A stretch of DNA of 64,000 bases from Histomonas meleagridis 2922-C6/04-290x (GCA_020184695.1 JAANOX010000259.1:1-64000); one strand, 5' to 3'. Shown: positions 47,558 to 58,514, counted from the stretch's first letter. The notes: generated from the letters alone by a model not told the origin. A program made the numbers and translations.

Positions 47558-48853
47558 ATGGCTGATCATGACCTTGAAGACGAACTTCTGAACTACGAAG
47601 AAGTTGAACCAGTCGCCGACATCAAACAAGACAAGGCCAGTCTCAAAGGTAAAGGCTATGTGGGTACACACTCTGCAGCTTTCCGTGATTTTCTTCTTAA
47701 ACCCGAAATCATGAGAGCTATTAACGACAATGGTTTTGAACATCCATCACAAGTTCAACAAGACTGCATTCCACAAGCATTGTTAGGAACTGATATCATT
47801 TGTCAAGGAAAAAGTGGTATGGGAAAAACAGCTGTTTTTGTCATTTCTGTTCTTCAACAGCTCGACGACCATCCAACCGAAGGTGAAATTGCATGTCTTT
47901 GCATTGCACCAACCCGTGAACTTGCTTTTCAAATATGCTCAGAATTCAAACGTTTCTCAGTTCACATGAACAATGTCAAAGCTTTTGTTATCTATGGTGG
48001 TATTTCAATACAAGCACAAATCAATTCTCTCAAACAAGAGAAACCAAATATTATTATTGCAACACCCGGAAGATTACTTGCCCTTCTTAAAGATAAACAT
48101 CCAGTCCTTGATCTATCCAAAGTACGATTCTTTGTAGTTGATGAATGCGATCAAGTATTTGAAAATTCTGCCGAAGGTCGCAAGGGAAATATGAAAGATG
48201 ATGTCGAAAAGATTTTCCGTAAGCTTCCACAGTCAAAGCAAACTCTACTTTTCACAGCTACAATGCCAGAATCCATGAAAGAAATCTGTCGTAAATTTAC
48301 ACGCAATGCAGCCGAAGTTTTTGTTGATGATGACAAGAAACTGACCTTGCACGGCCTCCAACAGTTTTACATCAAACTCCAACCTGCAGAAAAGAATCGC
48401 AAACTCATTGATATCTTGGATAATTTCACATATAACCAAGTTGTTATCTTTGTTTCCGAAAAGAGGCGTGCCGAAACCCTTAACAACCTTTTGAATGAAT
48501 GCGGATATCCATCAATAGCAATACATTCAAAGATGGCTCAACCTGATCGTATCAAGGCATTCCGCTCCTTTAAAGAATTCAAAAAGAAAATCCTTGTTTC
48601 TACTGATGTATTCGCACGTGGTATTGATGTTGAGCGAGTTAATATTGTAATCAATTACGACCTCCCGAATTCGACCGATACTTATCTCCATCGTGTTGGC
48701 CGTGCAGGTCGTTTCGGTACAAAAGGTCTCGCAATCTCATTTGTTTCAACAGAAGAAGAAAATACAATGCTTAATGAAATTCAGAAGCGCTTTGAAGTTG
48801 AAATTCAGGATCTTCCAGCAACTGTCGATGCAGGAACTTACATGAACGCATAA
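47558..48853 (+). CDS. SUB2: DEAD-box (DECD) RNA helicase UAP56/Sub2
   Basis: GFEHPSQVQQDCIP, GKSGMGKT, DECD, LHGLQQFY, YLHRVGRAGRFGTKG. Confidence 0.97.
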   Translation: MADHDLEDELLNYEEVEPVADIKQDKASLKGKGYVGTHSAAFRDFLLKPEIMRAINDNGFEHPSQVQQDCIPQALLGTDIICQGKSGMGKTAVFVISVLQQLDDHPTEGEIACLCIAPTRELAFQICSEFKRFSVHMNNVKAFVIYGGISIQAQINSLKQEKPNIIIATPGRLLALLKDKHPVLDLSKVRFFVVDECDQVFENSAEGRKGNMKDDVEKIFRKLPQSKQTLLFTATMPESMKEICRKFTRNAAEVFVDDDKKLTLHGLQQFYIKLQPAEKNRKLIDILDNFTYNQVVIFVSEKRRAETLNNLLNECGYPSIAIHSKMAQPDRIKAFRSFKEFKKKILVSTDVFARGIDVERVNIVINYDLPNSTDTYLHRVGRAGRFGTKGLAISFVSTEEENTMLNEIQKRFEVEIQDLPATVDAGTYMNA

Positions 48854-49311
48854 GAAATTCGTAAACGTTTACACAAATCTTCACCAATATTTGCAATCCG
48901 TTATAGCCGCTAACCACCATTTTTTCAATTGATTTTGATCGGAAGAATTTGAAACATTTTTCAGCAAAGGAATTGAAGAATAAGATTGGAAACTGATGTT
49001 ATTTATTGTTCTTTGCAAATTGGAAAAATGATTTCAGTTTTGTTTAGTCAAGAATCAAAAAGTTGTGCATTTTTAATTTTTAAGTAATTAATTATTGTGT
49101 TATCCTCAAAATTAATTATATATTAGACGATGAAAATATTAATTGTTATTTATTCATATAGAAACACATTATATATATTAATAAATTTAGAATTGTTTTA
49201 TACATTTTTTGTTGTTTCGTTTCTGTGGTTTATGTAAAAGTGCGAGGTTTAAATGGATTATTTCGAAAGTGGAACCGTTCGGTGCATGTAAAATACACAA
49301 AAAGTGCACAT

Positions 49312-50457
49312 ATGGAAGAAAAGAACGAAAAAGTTACAATCGCACAAAAAACAAGAAGGAAATCTACAATGGGTTTCAAGTCAAAACCTTTGGATTTGTC
49401 TGAAATTGATGCAGATGTTGACGATAAATCAGAAGAATCTTCAGGACAACTTTCATTAAAAAAATCTTTTGATAAAACCAAAATAATCATGCAAATTCCA
49501 TCACAAGTAGATATAGATTCAAGGCATCTCAATGGTGATATGATAATTACACAAGATTCTATTAACTTTCTTTCAAAACAGATACATCCTCAATTGAAAA
49601 TAGAAATTCCATATTGCACCATTGTAGATGCTGATAAAATTCACAAAAAAGGAGATAAATCCATTTCTGTACAAACCAAGACAAATAATTTCAAATTCTA
49701 TTCTCTTCGAAATCGTGATAAACTTATTTACCTTATTAACATTTGCCGAGCCAACAATTCTACTGAAACTTTTGGTTTCAATCCAAAAGATGATATTGAA
49801 ATAAACCAAAAAATTTCTCCACTTCGTTCCCAAGAAATCCTTGAAATTGATATTACCACACCATTTACCGAAGTTATAGACAAACTTAAGACAAAAGATA
49901 TTTGTATTCAAATGTTAGAAAGTTGCAATTGTCATTCGGTCAAAGTATCAGATTGGGCCAAATCACAAAAGGGACTTACTCGGAATGTTCAATATCAGCA
50001 ATTAATGTTCCAACGACTTAATGTTACATCAAAGCATCGCCTTATAAAAAGTGACAACTCATTAAGTTTGGTAATGAAATCGAAATTTTCGCGTCCGCCG
50101 CGTGCAGAGTTCCTTACCACCCATGTACAAATCTTGTTTGTGAATAAAGGGAGTGCTATTTCCATGCGAAATGCAATTAACTTCGAATGGAATGAGGAAC
50201 CATATGACAAAGAATTTATCGAATCATCAATTAAAAGAATGGCGAAGAAGAACTTTTACTATTTATATTGTAATTTCATTGGTAAAGAATTCGACATTTC
50301 TAATTACGAAGGAAAATGGAAAATTTTAAGACCATATGTATTGTCCGTTTTAAGTTTAGTGATTTTATTAATTACAGCAATCGCATTACCGAACGAAACA
50401 AATTGGTACAAGCTGATGTTCGGATTTTTGGCTTTGTTTCTATTTTTTTATTATTGA
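49312..50457 (+). CDS. GRAM + VASt/StARkin-like lipid-transfer protein with C-terminal TM segments
   Basis: GRAM-like (GDMIITQDSINF...IEIPY..I...SISV.T....FKFYSLRNRDK), then VKVSDW...TRNVQY and a hydrophobic C-terminus. Confidence 0.7.
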   Translation: MEEKNEKVTIAQKTRRKSTMGFKSKPLDLSEIDADVDDKSEESSGQLSLKKSFDKTKIIMQIPSQVDIDSRHLNGDMIITQDSINFLSKQIHPQLKIEIPYCTIVDADKIHKKGDKSISVQTKTNNFKFYSLRNRDKLIYLINICRANNSTETFGFNPKDDIEINQKISPLRSQEILEIDITTPFTEVIDKLKTKDICIQMLESCNCHSVKVSDWAKSQKGLTRNVQYQQLMFQRLNVTSKHRLIKSDNSLSLVMKSKFSRPPRAEFLTTHVQILFVNKGSAISMRNAINFEWNEEPYDKEFIESSIKRMAKKNFYYLYCNFIGKEFDISNYEGKWKILRPYVLSVLSLVILLITAIALPNETNWYKLMFGFLALFLFFYY

Positions 50458-50693
50458 TGAATTTGAAATAAATAATGTTTAAATGAATTTTTCGTTTATT
50501 TTATATATATTATTTTATTTTTATTTATTTCTTTTTTGGTATATCAAATAAAACGAATAAATATCTTTAGCATTAATATCAATTCCTTCTTGTTCAAGAA
50601 GTAATTTAACTATTTCTATATGACCTTTTTCAGATGCAGACATAAGTGCTGTTTTAAATAATTTAAATAATTTTCAAATATTATTTTGAATTC
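50444..50693 (-). pseudogene. Orphan copy of the last ankyrin unit plus 3' flank of the locus-B-type gene
   Basis: Near-identical to ~41584-41835. Encodes [43 protein letters not shown], preceded by half a spacer. Confidence 0.85.
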
Positions 50694-51185
50694 TCATCAA
50701 GCCACTTTTTGAAATGAAAAAATTAAGAAAAATAATTTCGTTCACAATTTTCAATTCAATTTAAAATTGCAAAAATTTTATTGTTTATATAGAAAGTGCC
50801 TCTGAAATTTCCATACCAGCTCTGCTCATGTCTACTGAAAATAATGTGTAAAACTATTAATGTAAGCTAGTAACGTACAAAATTTCATATTCTGATTTTT
50901 TTTAGATATAATGAATGCAACCATTTTGTCATGAGTAATAGGAAATGGTTCTTCGTGTATTAGATTTATCATCACTTTGGCATAAGCATGAATCAGCCTA
51001 TCATATGTACTTTTCGTTCCTGCTGAAACATTTGCGGCTGATATTGTATCAGCTTCAGCAAGTAATTGCTCCATCAATGACATTTTAAATATGATTCATA
51101 AAAAAAAACTTAAAAACAATATTGAAAATTGTGAGCGAAATTACTTTTTTTAATTTTTTCATTTCAAAAAGTGTCGATGAGAATT
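50689..51185 (-). mobile_element. ~500-bp element with ~66-bp inverted repeats enclosing a tyrosine-recombinase N-terminal (SAM-like) fragment (Crypton/DIRS-like)
   Basis: AATTCTCATC...CACTTTTTGAAATGAAAAAATTAA...TCACAATTTTCAAT at 50689-50755 is inverted at 51121-51185. ORF 50832-51083 has the S..T..TY...PFPIT...F...TL..Y pattern. Confidence 0.55.
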
Positions 51186-51189
51186 ACAC

Positions 51190-51254
51190 ATAATAAAGGC
51201 AACTTTTTAAGACGATGACCAAAGTTCATCGTCTTAAAAAGTTGCCTTTATTAT
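51190..51254. repeat. Perfect 29-bp inverted repeat with 7-nt loop
   Basis: ATAATAAAGGCAACTTTTTAAGACGATGA-CCAAAGT-TCATCGTCTTAAAAAGTTGCCTTTATTAT. Confidence 0.95.
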
Positions 51255-51871
51255 TTGTGAAATATTAAATTATTAAAATTATGAAGTGAATCAATGATGT
51301 TTGAAAGAGATAAAATGAGATAGTAATGATTAAATGAGATATTAAATTACATGTGTATATTGAAAGCCGAAATGTGATGATCAGAACAATTATTTAAATC
51401 ACATTTCCAAAAACCCCGGGGAATTCCCCGCCTTTTTTACACAATTTTTTTGCTACTAAAATTGACAAGGTTTGTCTGTAGCAAAAAACTATTCCCAAAA
51501 AAGTTTTAGTGCAAATATTTTTCTTTCCGATTTTTTATCAAAAAATTCATATGAACATATGATTTCATATTCAGTTCCACTTTTTTTGATTTAATCTAAT
51601 TTTCGATATTTGTTACACAATCAGAATTATGAAATTTTATAATTATGCACATTATAACATAAATTATTAGGTGAAATCATTTACTAACGCAGAGTATCAA
51701 TTTTGTTCATCAAACAAATCGATTATGAAATTTTCGATCAAAAGAATCCTCTAACTTTTTTTTGGTGAAATGTTTTGGAATAATTTTTCGGTTAATCAAT
51801 TTTTTGCTTTCAGTTAAAAAACCGTCCGGTTCAAGTTATCAAAGATCAAAATTTGTCGATCATTCGTTACA

Positions 51872-54800
51872 ATGCTATTCACTCTATTATTTTTTATTCA
51901 ATCAAAATGCGATGTTAAGTATTGTGTTGTTTATGATGGGTTTCCTAGAGAAGAATGCCCAATAAATTATGAATATATTAATTCCATATCAGAAATAAAA
52001 GAATCTGAAATCACAGGCGATACAATACATTTATATATAATCAATGATAAATTGCACTCATTTGCTATAAACATTGATTCTTATAAAAAAACGAAATTTG
52101 AAATTAGTGGAAATTCCAAATCTTATCTTAAACTTCTTGGATTAAAGAGTAATACAGATTTGATTCTCTCTGGTATAAGTGTTTATTCTGATCTTCAACT
52201 TTGGAATATTCATTCTATAAATTTTAGACAAATTAATCTTGACTCAAAAAATTCATTAAATTGCAGTTCATTAGATAGTGACCTTTATTCTCTTTCTAGC
52301 TTCAATTCAATTACAACTGAAATGCTAGAAATTGATCTTACAGAAGAATCTTATTATCCAATATCCAACATTACAATCCAAATTAGCAATTTATATACAC
52401 TCAAAGGCTTTGCACTTACAGCGTTTCTAACATTTGGTAATCAAAGGGACACATTAACATTTTCAAATAATTCAAATATTGTAAATATCCAAAAAGATTT
52501 TTATTCACAAAACAACATAACAGTTGAACTTACCAATCCCAAGGACACAATTTATGTTTCATGTAAAACGCCAAAAGTTCCATTTTTATTAGTAAATATG
52601 TATTTAGGAAGTGAGTTTACTATTCCGACTTACTTACAATCATTATCAGACACAGACTTTAAGATCCAAATATATGACAATTGTACCCTTAACATCAATA
52701 AATTTGGCAAAAACGGCGAAATCGAAATCTTCAACGCGACCGTTAAGATGAATTTAATTTCGAACGATCCGAAAATTTCAATGCTCACAATCAAAGGAAA
52801 AAGTTCTTTGGTAATTGATACGACATTAGAAACTCCTGAAGATATCATCTTTGATATTATTTTAGCAACGTTTACAATTTATGGTCCAAATTTTGAAATG
52901 CGAAATCTCAAAGAAATAATCAAAGTACAATTTGAATATTTATCTATTGATTCCCTACTAAAAGATCCCAAAATCAACTTTTTAAGTCAATCTCCATATT
53001 ATATTGAACAATCGCTTGAATTTTATTCAGGAGATACATTCATTGAAAGTTTAAATGTTGGCGAATCATTTCAAATGGCGTATATGTTTACAATGGAAAA
53101 GTTCGGGCGTATACATTTTGGTTCATTCCAAAAGACGTCAAGTTCATTAATTAATATTTATTTATCATATAATAATAGTATTGGAATTCCAACTGATGAT
53201 TTAGTTGAACCATTTATCAATAATCCATATAAAATCATTGATTTTGGTGGAAGTATTAATAATGAAATCAAAATCCAATTTTCGGATAATTGTAATGTCC
53301 CAGGATTTTGTGATGAGTATCCATTCATGGAAACTATTTATCAAAAAGAAAATGGAACAATTTCATTTTATATGAAATATTATCCGACAATTGTTGACTC
53401 TCATATATGGTTTGGTGACAATTGTAATGATGAATATTATTATGTAATTAATGAAAACAATTTTTCTTTGTGGAGAAATCGATTTATAAATTATACACAT
53501 TCATTTACTATTTATTTAACAAAAACAATGCCAAACGATTTATGTTTTAATTTTTCGGGCATTGAACAACAATTTATTTTAATAATTAAAAGTAATAATA
53601 ATTATCAAGTGAATGTTATCACTGATGATAATGAACATGGATCTGAAATATATCAAATATATTATTTAATAATATCGAATGCTGTTTTAAACATTATTCC
53701 TTATGATTATAATAACAATAATAAATTGTTTGGACCTGATATAGGTTGGATTTATATGTATAATTATTCAACATTTACTAAAGAAACATTCGAAAAATGT
53801 GATTTTACTCAAATTTCAATTCAATCAGATATATATTCATTATCGAACTTACAAAAAAATGATATTTCACAAATGAAAATTTGGTTATATTTAAACGAAG
53901 AATTTATTAAAATCGATTTCTTAGCTAATGAATGGTTATTAAGTTTAAATGGGTTTCAAGTATATACAAATGTTACACGTTATTCATTAGTTTCAAATTC
54001 ATTTGAAATAAGTTGTAATGGAAATGATTATAAACAAATCGAAATATATCCAAATCATATAGATTATGAAGAACCGGAAGAAATAACAATAAAAGTTTCC
54101 GGTGATTGGAGTAAAGGTAAAAAATTCGCAATGGAATTCGTACCGAATGCAAAAAACAGATTTATCATTGAAACTTCATCGAATATTATTCCGATTAATC
54201 TTGCATTTAATTGTCCGAAAGAAATATCAATAATTTCTACAAGAAATGATTTAAATGAAATTAATTTCCCATATTCAGTTAATATATCGAAAGAAGTATC
54301 TTTTGCTACAAGAGAAAGTACATATAAAATCGAAAATATTCATTTTAATAACTTTTTAATTTCTTCTTTTTTAGTATATAATATTCGATTTTATCAAACA
54401 TCGAAATTTAATACGGATGAAATAGAGTTAAAAGTCGGATCAGAAATTAATATCGAAAACATAAATGTAAATGATAAAATCATTTTCGAATACGCTTCAT
54501 ATTCACTATTTTCGAAGTCGAATTTAGATAATACAACTGTTATATTTAATGCTGGCGTTAAAGGTATGGGAAGAATTGACTTTTCCAATTCAACTTTACC
54601 AAAAGCATTTAATATATACTTCGATTATTATAAAGATATGAACCAATTAATTATTAAAGGTTTTCACGAGAATTGTGATGAAGTATTAAATCGAATTTAT
54701 TTGTTTAATAATACAATAATTAATGAAACAAAAGATATAAAATTAAGTTGCGCAAATGAAGAAGTTTATTTAAAAGTGTCGCCAAAAGATAAACCTAAAA

Positions 54801-54970
54801 ATAATGACAATAAAACAATAATCATCGTAGTGGTGGTGGTGTCGCTCGTGGTAATCATGATCGCCGCTGTGATATTCGTCTCGTGTTATATATATAAGAA
54901 AAAAGAGCAAGAAAAAAGAGACTCTGAATTAATAACTGAACAATTAAATGCAACACTGTTAAATATCTAA
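51872..54970 (+). CDS. Large type I membrane (surface) protein of unknown function
   Basis: Signal-like MLFTLLFFIQSKC, ~950-aa Asn/Ile-rich ectodomain, TM IIIVVVVVSLVVIMIAAVIFVSCYIY, short basic tail. Confidence 0.85.
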   Translation: MLFTLLFFIQSKCDVKYCVVYDGFPREECPINYEYINSISEIKESEITGDTIHLYIINDKLHSFAINIDSYKKTKFEISGNSKSYLKLLGLKSNTDLILSGISVYSDLQLWNIHSINFRQINLDSKNSLNCSSLDSDLYSLSSFNSITTEMLEIDLTEESYYPISNITIQISNLYTLKGFALTAFLTFGNQRDTLTFSNNSNIVNIQKDFYSQNNITVELTNPKDTIYVSCKTPKVPFLLVNMYLGSEFTIPTYLQSLSDTDFKIQIYDNCTLNINKFGKNGEIEIFNATVKMNLISNDPKISMLTIKGKSSLVIDTTLETPEDIIFDIILATFTIYGPNFEMRNLKEIIKVQFEYLSIDSLLKDPKINFLSQSPYYIEQSLEFYSGDTFIESLNVGESFQMAYMFTMEKFGRIHFGSFQKTSSSLINIYLSYNNSIGIPTDDLVEPFINNPYKIIDFGGSINNEIKIQFSDNCNVPGFCDEYPFMETIYQKENGTISFYMKYYPTIVDSHIWFGDNCNDEYYYVINENNFSLWRNRFINYTHSFTIYLTKTMPNDLCFNFSGIEQQFILIIKSNNNYQVNVITDDNEHGSEIYQIYYLIISNAVLNIIPYDYNNNNKLFGPDIGWIYMYNYSTFTKETFEKCDFTQISIQSDIYSLSNLQKNDISQMKIWLYLNEEFIKIDFLANEWLLSLNGFQVYTNVTRYSLVSNSFEISCNGNDYKQIEIYPNHIDYEEPEEITIKVSGDWSKGKKFAMEFVPNAKNRFIIETSSNIIPINLAFNCPKEISIISTRNDLNEINFPYSVNISKEVSFATRESTYKIENIHFNNFLISSFLVYNIRFYQTSKFNTDEIELKVGSEINIENINVNDKIIFEYASYSLFSKSNLDNTTVIFNAGVKGMGRIDFSNSTLPKAFNIYFDYYKDMNQLIIKGFHENCDEVLNRIYLFNNTIINETKDIKLSCANEEVYLKVSPKDKPKNNDNKTIIIVVVVVSLVVIMIAAVIFVSCYIYKKKEQEKRDSELITEQLNATLLNI

Positions 54971-55586
54971 GCTTAGTTTACTCTATAATGTATTTAATAT
55001 ATCTAAAAATTAGTTAATTTCGATTTTTTTCCCCCCTCGAATTCTGAAGTTTATTACGACTTTTTGAAAACTTTATACAAATCATGATGAAAAAAAAGTT
55101 AAGATCACTTTAGTTGGTGATTATGGAATTAAAGATATTCTATCGACAATTGAAGAAGTAGTCATTTCCAAAAAAGAAAGAAATATTCGGTGCGTCATTA
55201 TGTAATTTCTTTTAACAGACCTCTCTCCCTTGGATGTATATGTGGAGTAGTCTTTTGAAGATATTTTCTTTTGAAGTATGCATATTGCATTAATAAAATA
55301 TCTTAAATTTTAAGCTTAAAAAAATGAAATTTTCATTGAATGCTTTTTTCTCACTAATATGAAGTTTTTGTTCTAAACTATTTTGAAAATAGATGCAATT
55401 AATTTCGAAATTTATTGTGAATATTTTTTAACAAAACCCAAATTTTTCTAACAGTTTAGTAATTTTATTAGTTCTAAATTTATTTAATACACTTTAAAGT
55501 CAAATTGCCAAAATGTATTTATCATCGCTTGATAACAATTTGAATGATAGAACGATAACGCATTTGGCCAATTCAAAATTGACAGG

Positions 55587-55594
55587 GTCACTTT
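55587..55594 (+). promoter_or_regulatory. GTCACTTT/AAAGTGAC motif (trichomonad M2/Inr-like)
   Basis: Immediately before the hydrogenase ATG. The same octamer occurs near gene starts at 12407, 47351 and 63687. Confidence 0.55.
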
Positions 55595-55597
55595 TCG

Positions 55598-57388
55598 ATG
55601 CTGACTTCTCTTGGATCTTCATCATTCCTAAGGAAAGCTGCCAAAATCACAGTCATTGTTAATGGCCGTGCGCTAGAAGCCAAGAAGGGCGAGACCATCC
55701 TTCAACTTTGTGATCGTAACAATCTAAAGATTCCACGTTTATGTTATCATCCTTGCCTCCCACCTCAAGGTTCATGTGGCCTTTGTGCTGTTCAAATCAC
55801 TGATGCTAAAGGCGAACGCTTAGGAAATGCTTGTGTTACCAAGTGTTCAAATGGCATGCGAATTGAAACTCATTCTCAAAGAGCTATACATAATGTTAAA
55901 GACAAACTTCAGAAGCTTCTTGATGTTCACGATCAACAATGTACATCTTGTATAGCATATGAAAGATGTGAATTTCGTGATCTTGTCTTTGGAAATGGAG
56001 TTTCAAATATTGACAGAGCTTATCCAATACCAAATTCCATCGATATCTCATCCAATAGCATCCGTATTGACCCATCCAAGTGTGTTGCATGTGGTCGTTG
56101 CGTACGTGCTTGCAAGAACATTTCGGGTCAAAAAGTCCTCAAAGTAGCCAAGAAGAACGGCCGCGAATATGTACAAACCACAAATGGCCAATTACTTAAT
56201 GATACAAATTGTATCTCATGTGGTCAATGTGCCTTATATTGCCCTGTTGGTGCCATTACTGAGAAATCCCAAGTCCAAGAAATCCTCACACGTATTCGTA
56301 ATAGGACCAAGAAATTATCAGTTATTCATTTTTCACCAGCAGTTAAAATAGGCCTTGCAGATGCCTTTGGCGTACCCATTTCAAGTCTTCCCACCGGTAA
56401 AATCATCAATGCCCTTCGTTTATACGGATTCCAACAAGTTTATGATTCATCATTTGGTGGCGACATTGCAATTCTTGAAGAAGCCGCACGCCTTGCAGCC
56501 AAGATCCAAGATTCCAATGACAAGGAGCCATTATTCTCATCCTCATGTTCTGCATGGGTCAAATATGTTGAACAAAGTCGCTCCGATTTAATCCCCAAGC
56601 TCAGCACAGTTCGCTCTCCGACGGCGATAATGTCATCTCTTGTCAAGAACGTCATTTCGAAAGCTAATAAGTTAAGTGAAGATGAAGTCTGCTGTGTTTC
56701 ATTAACGCCATGCATTGGTAAGAAGAACGAAGCTCTCCGGTCCCAACTGTCCACACCTAAAGGCTTTTCAGAGACTGATTTCTCATTGACAATTCGTGAA
56801 TTAGTACATATGTTACAAATCTCCGGAATTCATATCTTAGACTTACCATCCGAAGGTAAGTTCGACACATTATATGGCGCAAGCTCAGGTTCAGGTAAAT
56901 TAGCCGAAATAAGTGGCGGCCAGCTTAACGGTCTCCTCAGGACCACATATGAAATAATCAACGGCAAAGAGATGCCTAAGTTAGAGATACCGAAATTGAC
57001 TTCATTTAAGGATGGAATTAAAGTCGTCGAGGTCGATATGGGTGTTAAGAAGATTAAAGTCGCATCAGTACAAGGAATGGCGAACATTATGAAGTTCTTA
57101 GAGAAGTATAAGAAGAAGGACAAATCATTGGATGGAATTAAATACGTCGAAATGATGTCTTGTCCAGGAGGATGTGTATGCGGTGGTGGTTCTATCAAAC
57201 CAACATCGAAAGCAAACTTGGAACAAAGATATAACGAAATTCTGAAAATGGATAAAAGTGATAAAGTTAAAAGTCCATTGAAGAATGAGCTGGTGTCAAA
57301 GCTTTACAGCGAAGTTTTGGGTAAACCTGAATCAGAATTGGCGAAACAATTATTGCATACACATTTCACTCATAGGGCTGGATTCTAA
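55598..57388 (+). CDS. Long-form [FeFe]-hydrogenase homolog with hydrogenosomal-type presequence and a divergent H-cluster pocket
   Basis: MLTSLGSSSFLRK presequence; [2Fe-2S], His-[4Fe-4S] and 2x[4Fe-4S] motifs; L1 FSSSCSAW, L2 LTPCIGKKNE, L3 EMMSCPGGCVCGGG. Confidence 0.93.
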   Translation: MLTSLGSSSFLRKAAKITVIVNGRALEAKKGETILQLCDRNNLKIPRLCYHPCLPPQGSCGLCAVQITDAKGERLGNACVTKCSNGMRIETHSQRAIHNVKDKLQKLLDVHDQQCTSCIAYERCEFRDLVFGNGVSNIDRAYPIPNSIDISSNSIRIDPSKCVACGRCVRACKNISGQKVLKVAKKNGREYVQTTNGQLLNDTNCISCGQCALYCPVGAITEKSQVQEILTRIRNRTKKLSVIHFSPAVKIGLADAFGVPISSLPTGKIINALRLYGFQQVYDSSFGGDIAILEEAARLAAKIQDSNDKEPLFSSSCSAWVKYVEQSRSDLIPKLSTVRSPTAIMSSLVKNVISKANKLSEDEVCCVSLTPCIGKKNEALRSQLSTPKGFSETDFSLTIRELVHMLQISGIHILDLPSEGKFDTLYGASSGSGKLAEISGGQLNGLLRTTYEIINGKEMPKLEIPKLTSFKDGIKVVEVDMGVKKIKVASVQGMANIMKFLEKYKKKDKSLDGIKYVEMMSCPGGCVCGGGSIKPTSKANLEQRYNEILKMDKSDKVKSPLKNELVSKLYSEVLGKPESELAKQLLHTHFTHRAGF

Positions 57389-57926
57389 TCGCAATAAAAA
57401 TGGAAAAAAGAAATTTTATTTATTAATGAATGCGAATAATAATGTGAAAAATAAAATGTAAAATTTTTTGGCATTTTGTGGATGGAATAAAATGTTTAAT
57501 GAATTGTATGATACAGAAGTTTATCTTATCTGGACAAAACATTGAAATAAGTCCTCTGTATATGATGTTTTGTGTGGTTAATTGATGTATATGAAATTTT
57601 TTGTTGTTTTTGTTAAAATACAATCTTCTCAATTGCAATTGTTACATTTGTTAGATATATAAAGTGTTCTTATTTCTTTTTGATATTAAAAAACTAAATA
57701 AAAATATTGGTGAACTTTAATATTTTTGTATCATTAATTTAGTAAATAAAAATTAGATTTTTATTAAAGCAGGCCAAATTCAGGCTGTTTCCCTGCACCG
57801 CGTTTTGGTAATAAAGATGAATATTGTGAATAAATATTTGACAAAAAAAATTCAATGTAACTTTACACTGACATACCAATTTAGACAAACCGTTTATTAA
57901 ACGGTCGATAAATCAAACAGCTTTCT

Positions 57927-58514
57927 ATGTCTCATCTATTACAAACACCTTGGACATTTTATTTTTACCAGAAACCACAACGTAGAAAAGGTAGTAATGC
58001 CGATTATGAAAGTTGTATCCACAAAATCGCAAAAGTTTCAACTGTTGAAGAATTTTGGGGTGTTTATTCTCGTATGATCCCAATCAACAGAAATGGCCAG
58101 AATGCGTTTCACTTCTTCCGTGGAGACGCAAGAGCTATGTGGGAAGACGCCGATAATATCAATGGAGGAGCATTTAATATTTTAATTCCAACAGGACATG
58201 GTCCTACAATGTGGGAAAAACTTCTACTTGATCTGATTGGCGAAAACCTTGATTATGATATCATTGGTGCGACCATATCAGCCAAACCAAATTGTTTTTC
58301 TCTATTTATTTGGAACAGAACAGCAGATCTTGAAACAGCAAGAAAACTCAGTGACGAAATATTCAAGACTCTTGAATTACCTTTCCAAAGCACTCTTCGC
58401 TATTCACCACATTCTCGATTTTTATCTTCTCCTGGTCAAGAAATCAATACAACAACATTCAAGAATGGCCCTGATGGATCGGTGATGATTCTTGAGAAAA
58501 AAGATCCAAAGTAA
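57927..58514 (+). CDS. Translation initiation factor eIF4E-family protein
   Basis: TPWTFY, TVEEFW, FHFFRG...MWED..N.NGG, MWEKLLLDLIGE, IIGATIS...LFIWNR. Confidence 0.92.
   Translation: MSHLLQTPWTFYFYQKPQRRKGSNADYESCIHKIAKVSTVEEFWGVYSRMIPINRNGQNAFHFFRGDARAMWEDADNINGGAFNILIPTGHGPTMWEKLLLDLIGENLDYDIIGATISAKPNCFSLFIWNRTADLETARKLSDEIFKTLELPFQSTLRYSPHSRFLSSPGQEINTTTFKNGPDGSVMILEKKDPK

Noticed and set aside
48861-48872. 12-bp palindrome GTAAACGTTTAC after the SUB2 stop
   Set aside because: A single short palindrome is compatible with chance in 64 kb.
55084-55205. KVKITLVGDYG, resembling a small-GTPase start
   Set aside because: No complete P-loop, needs a frameshift, and ends after ~40 codons.
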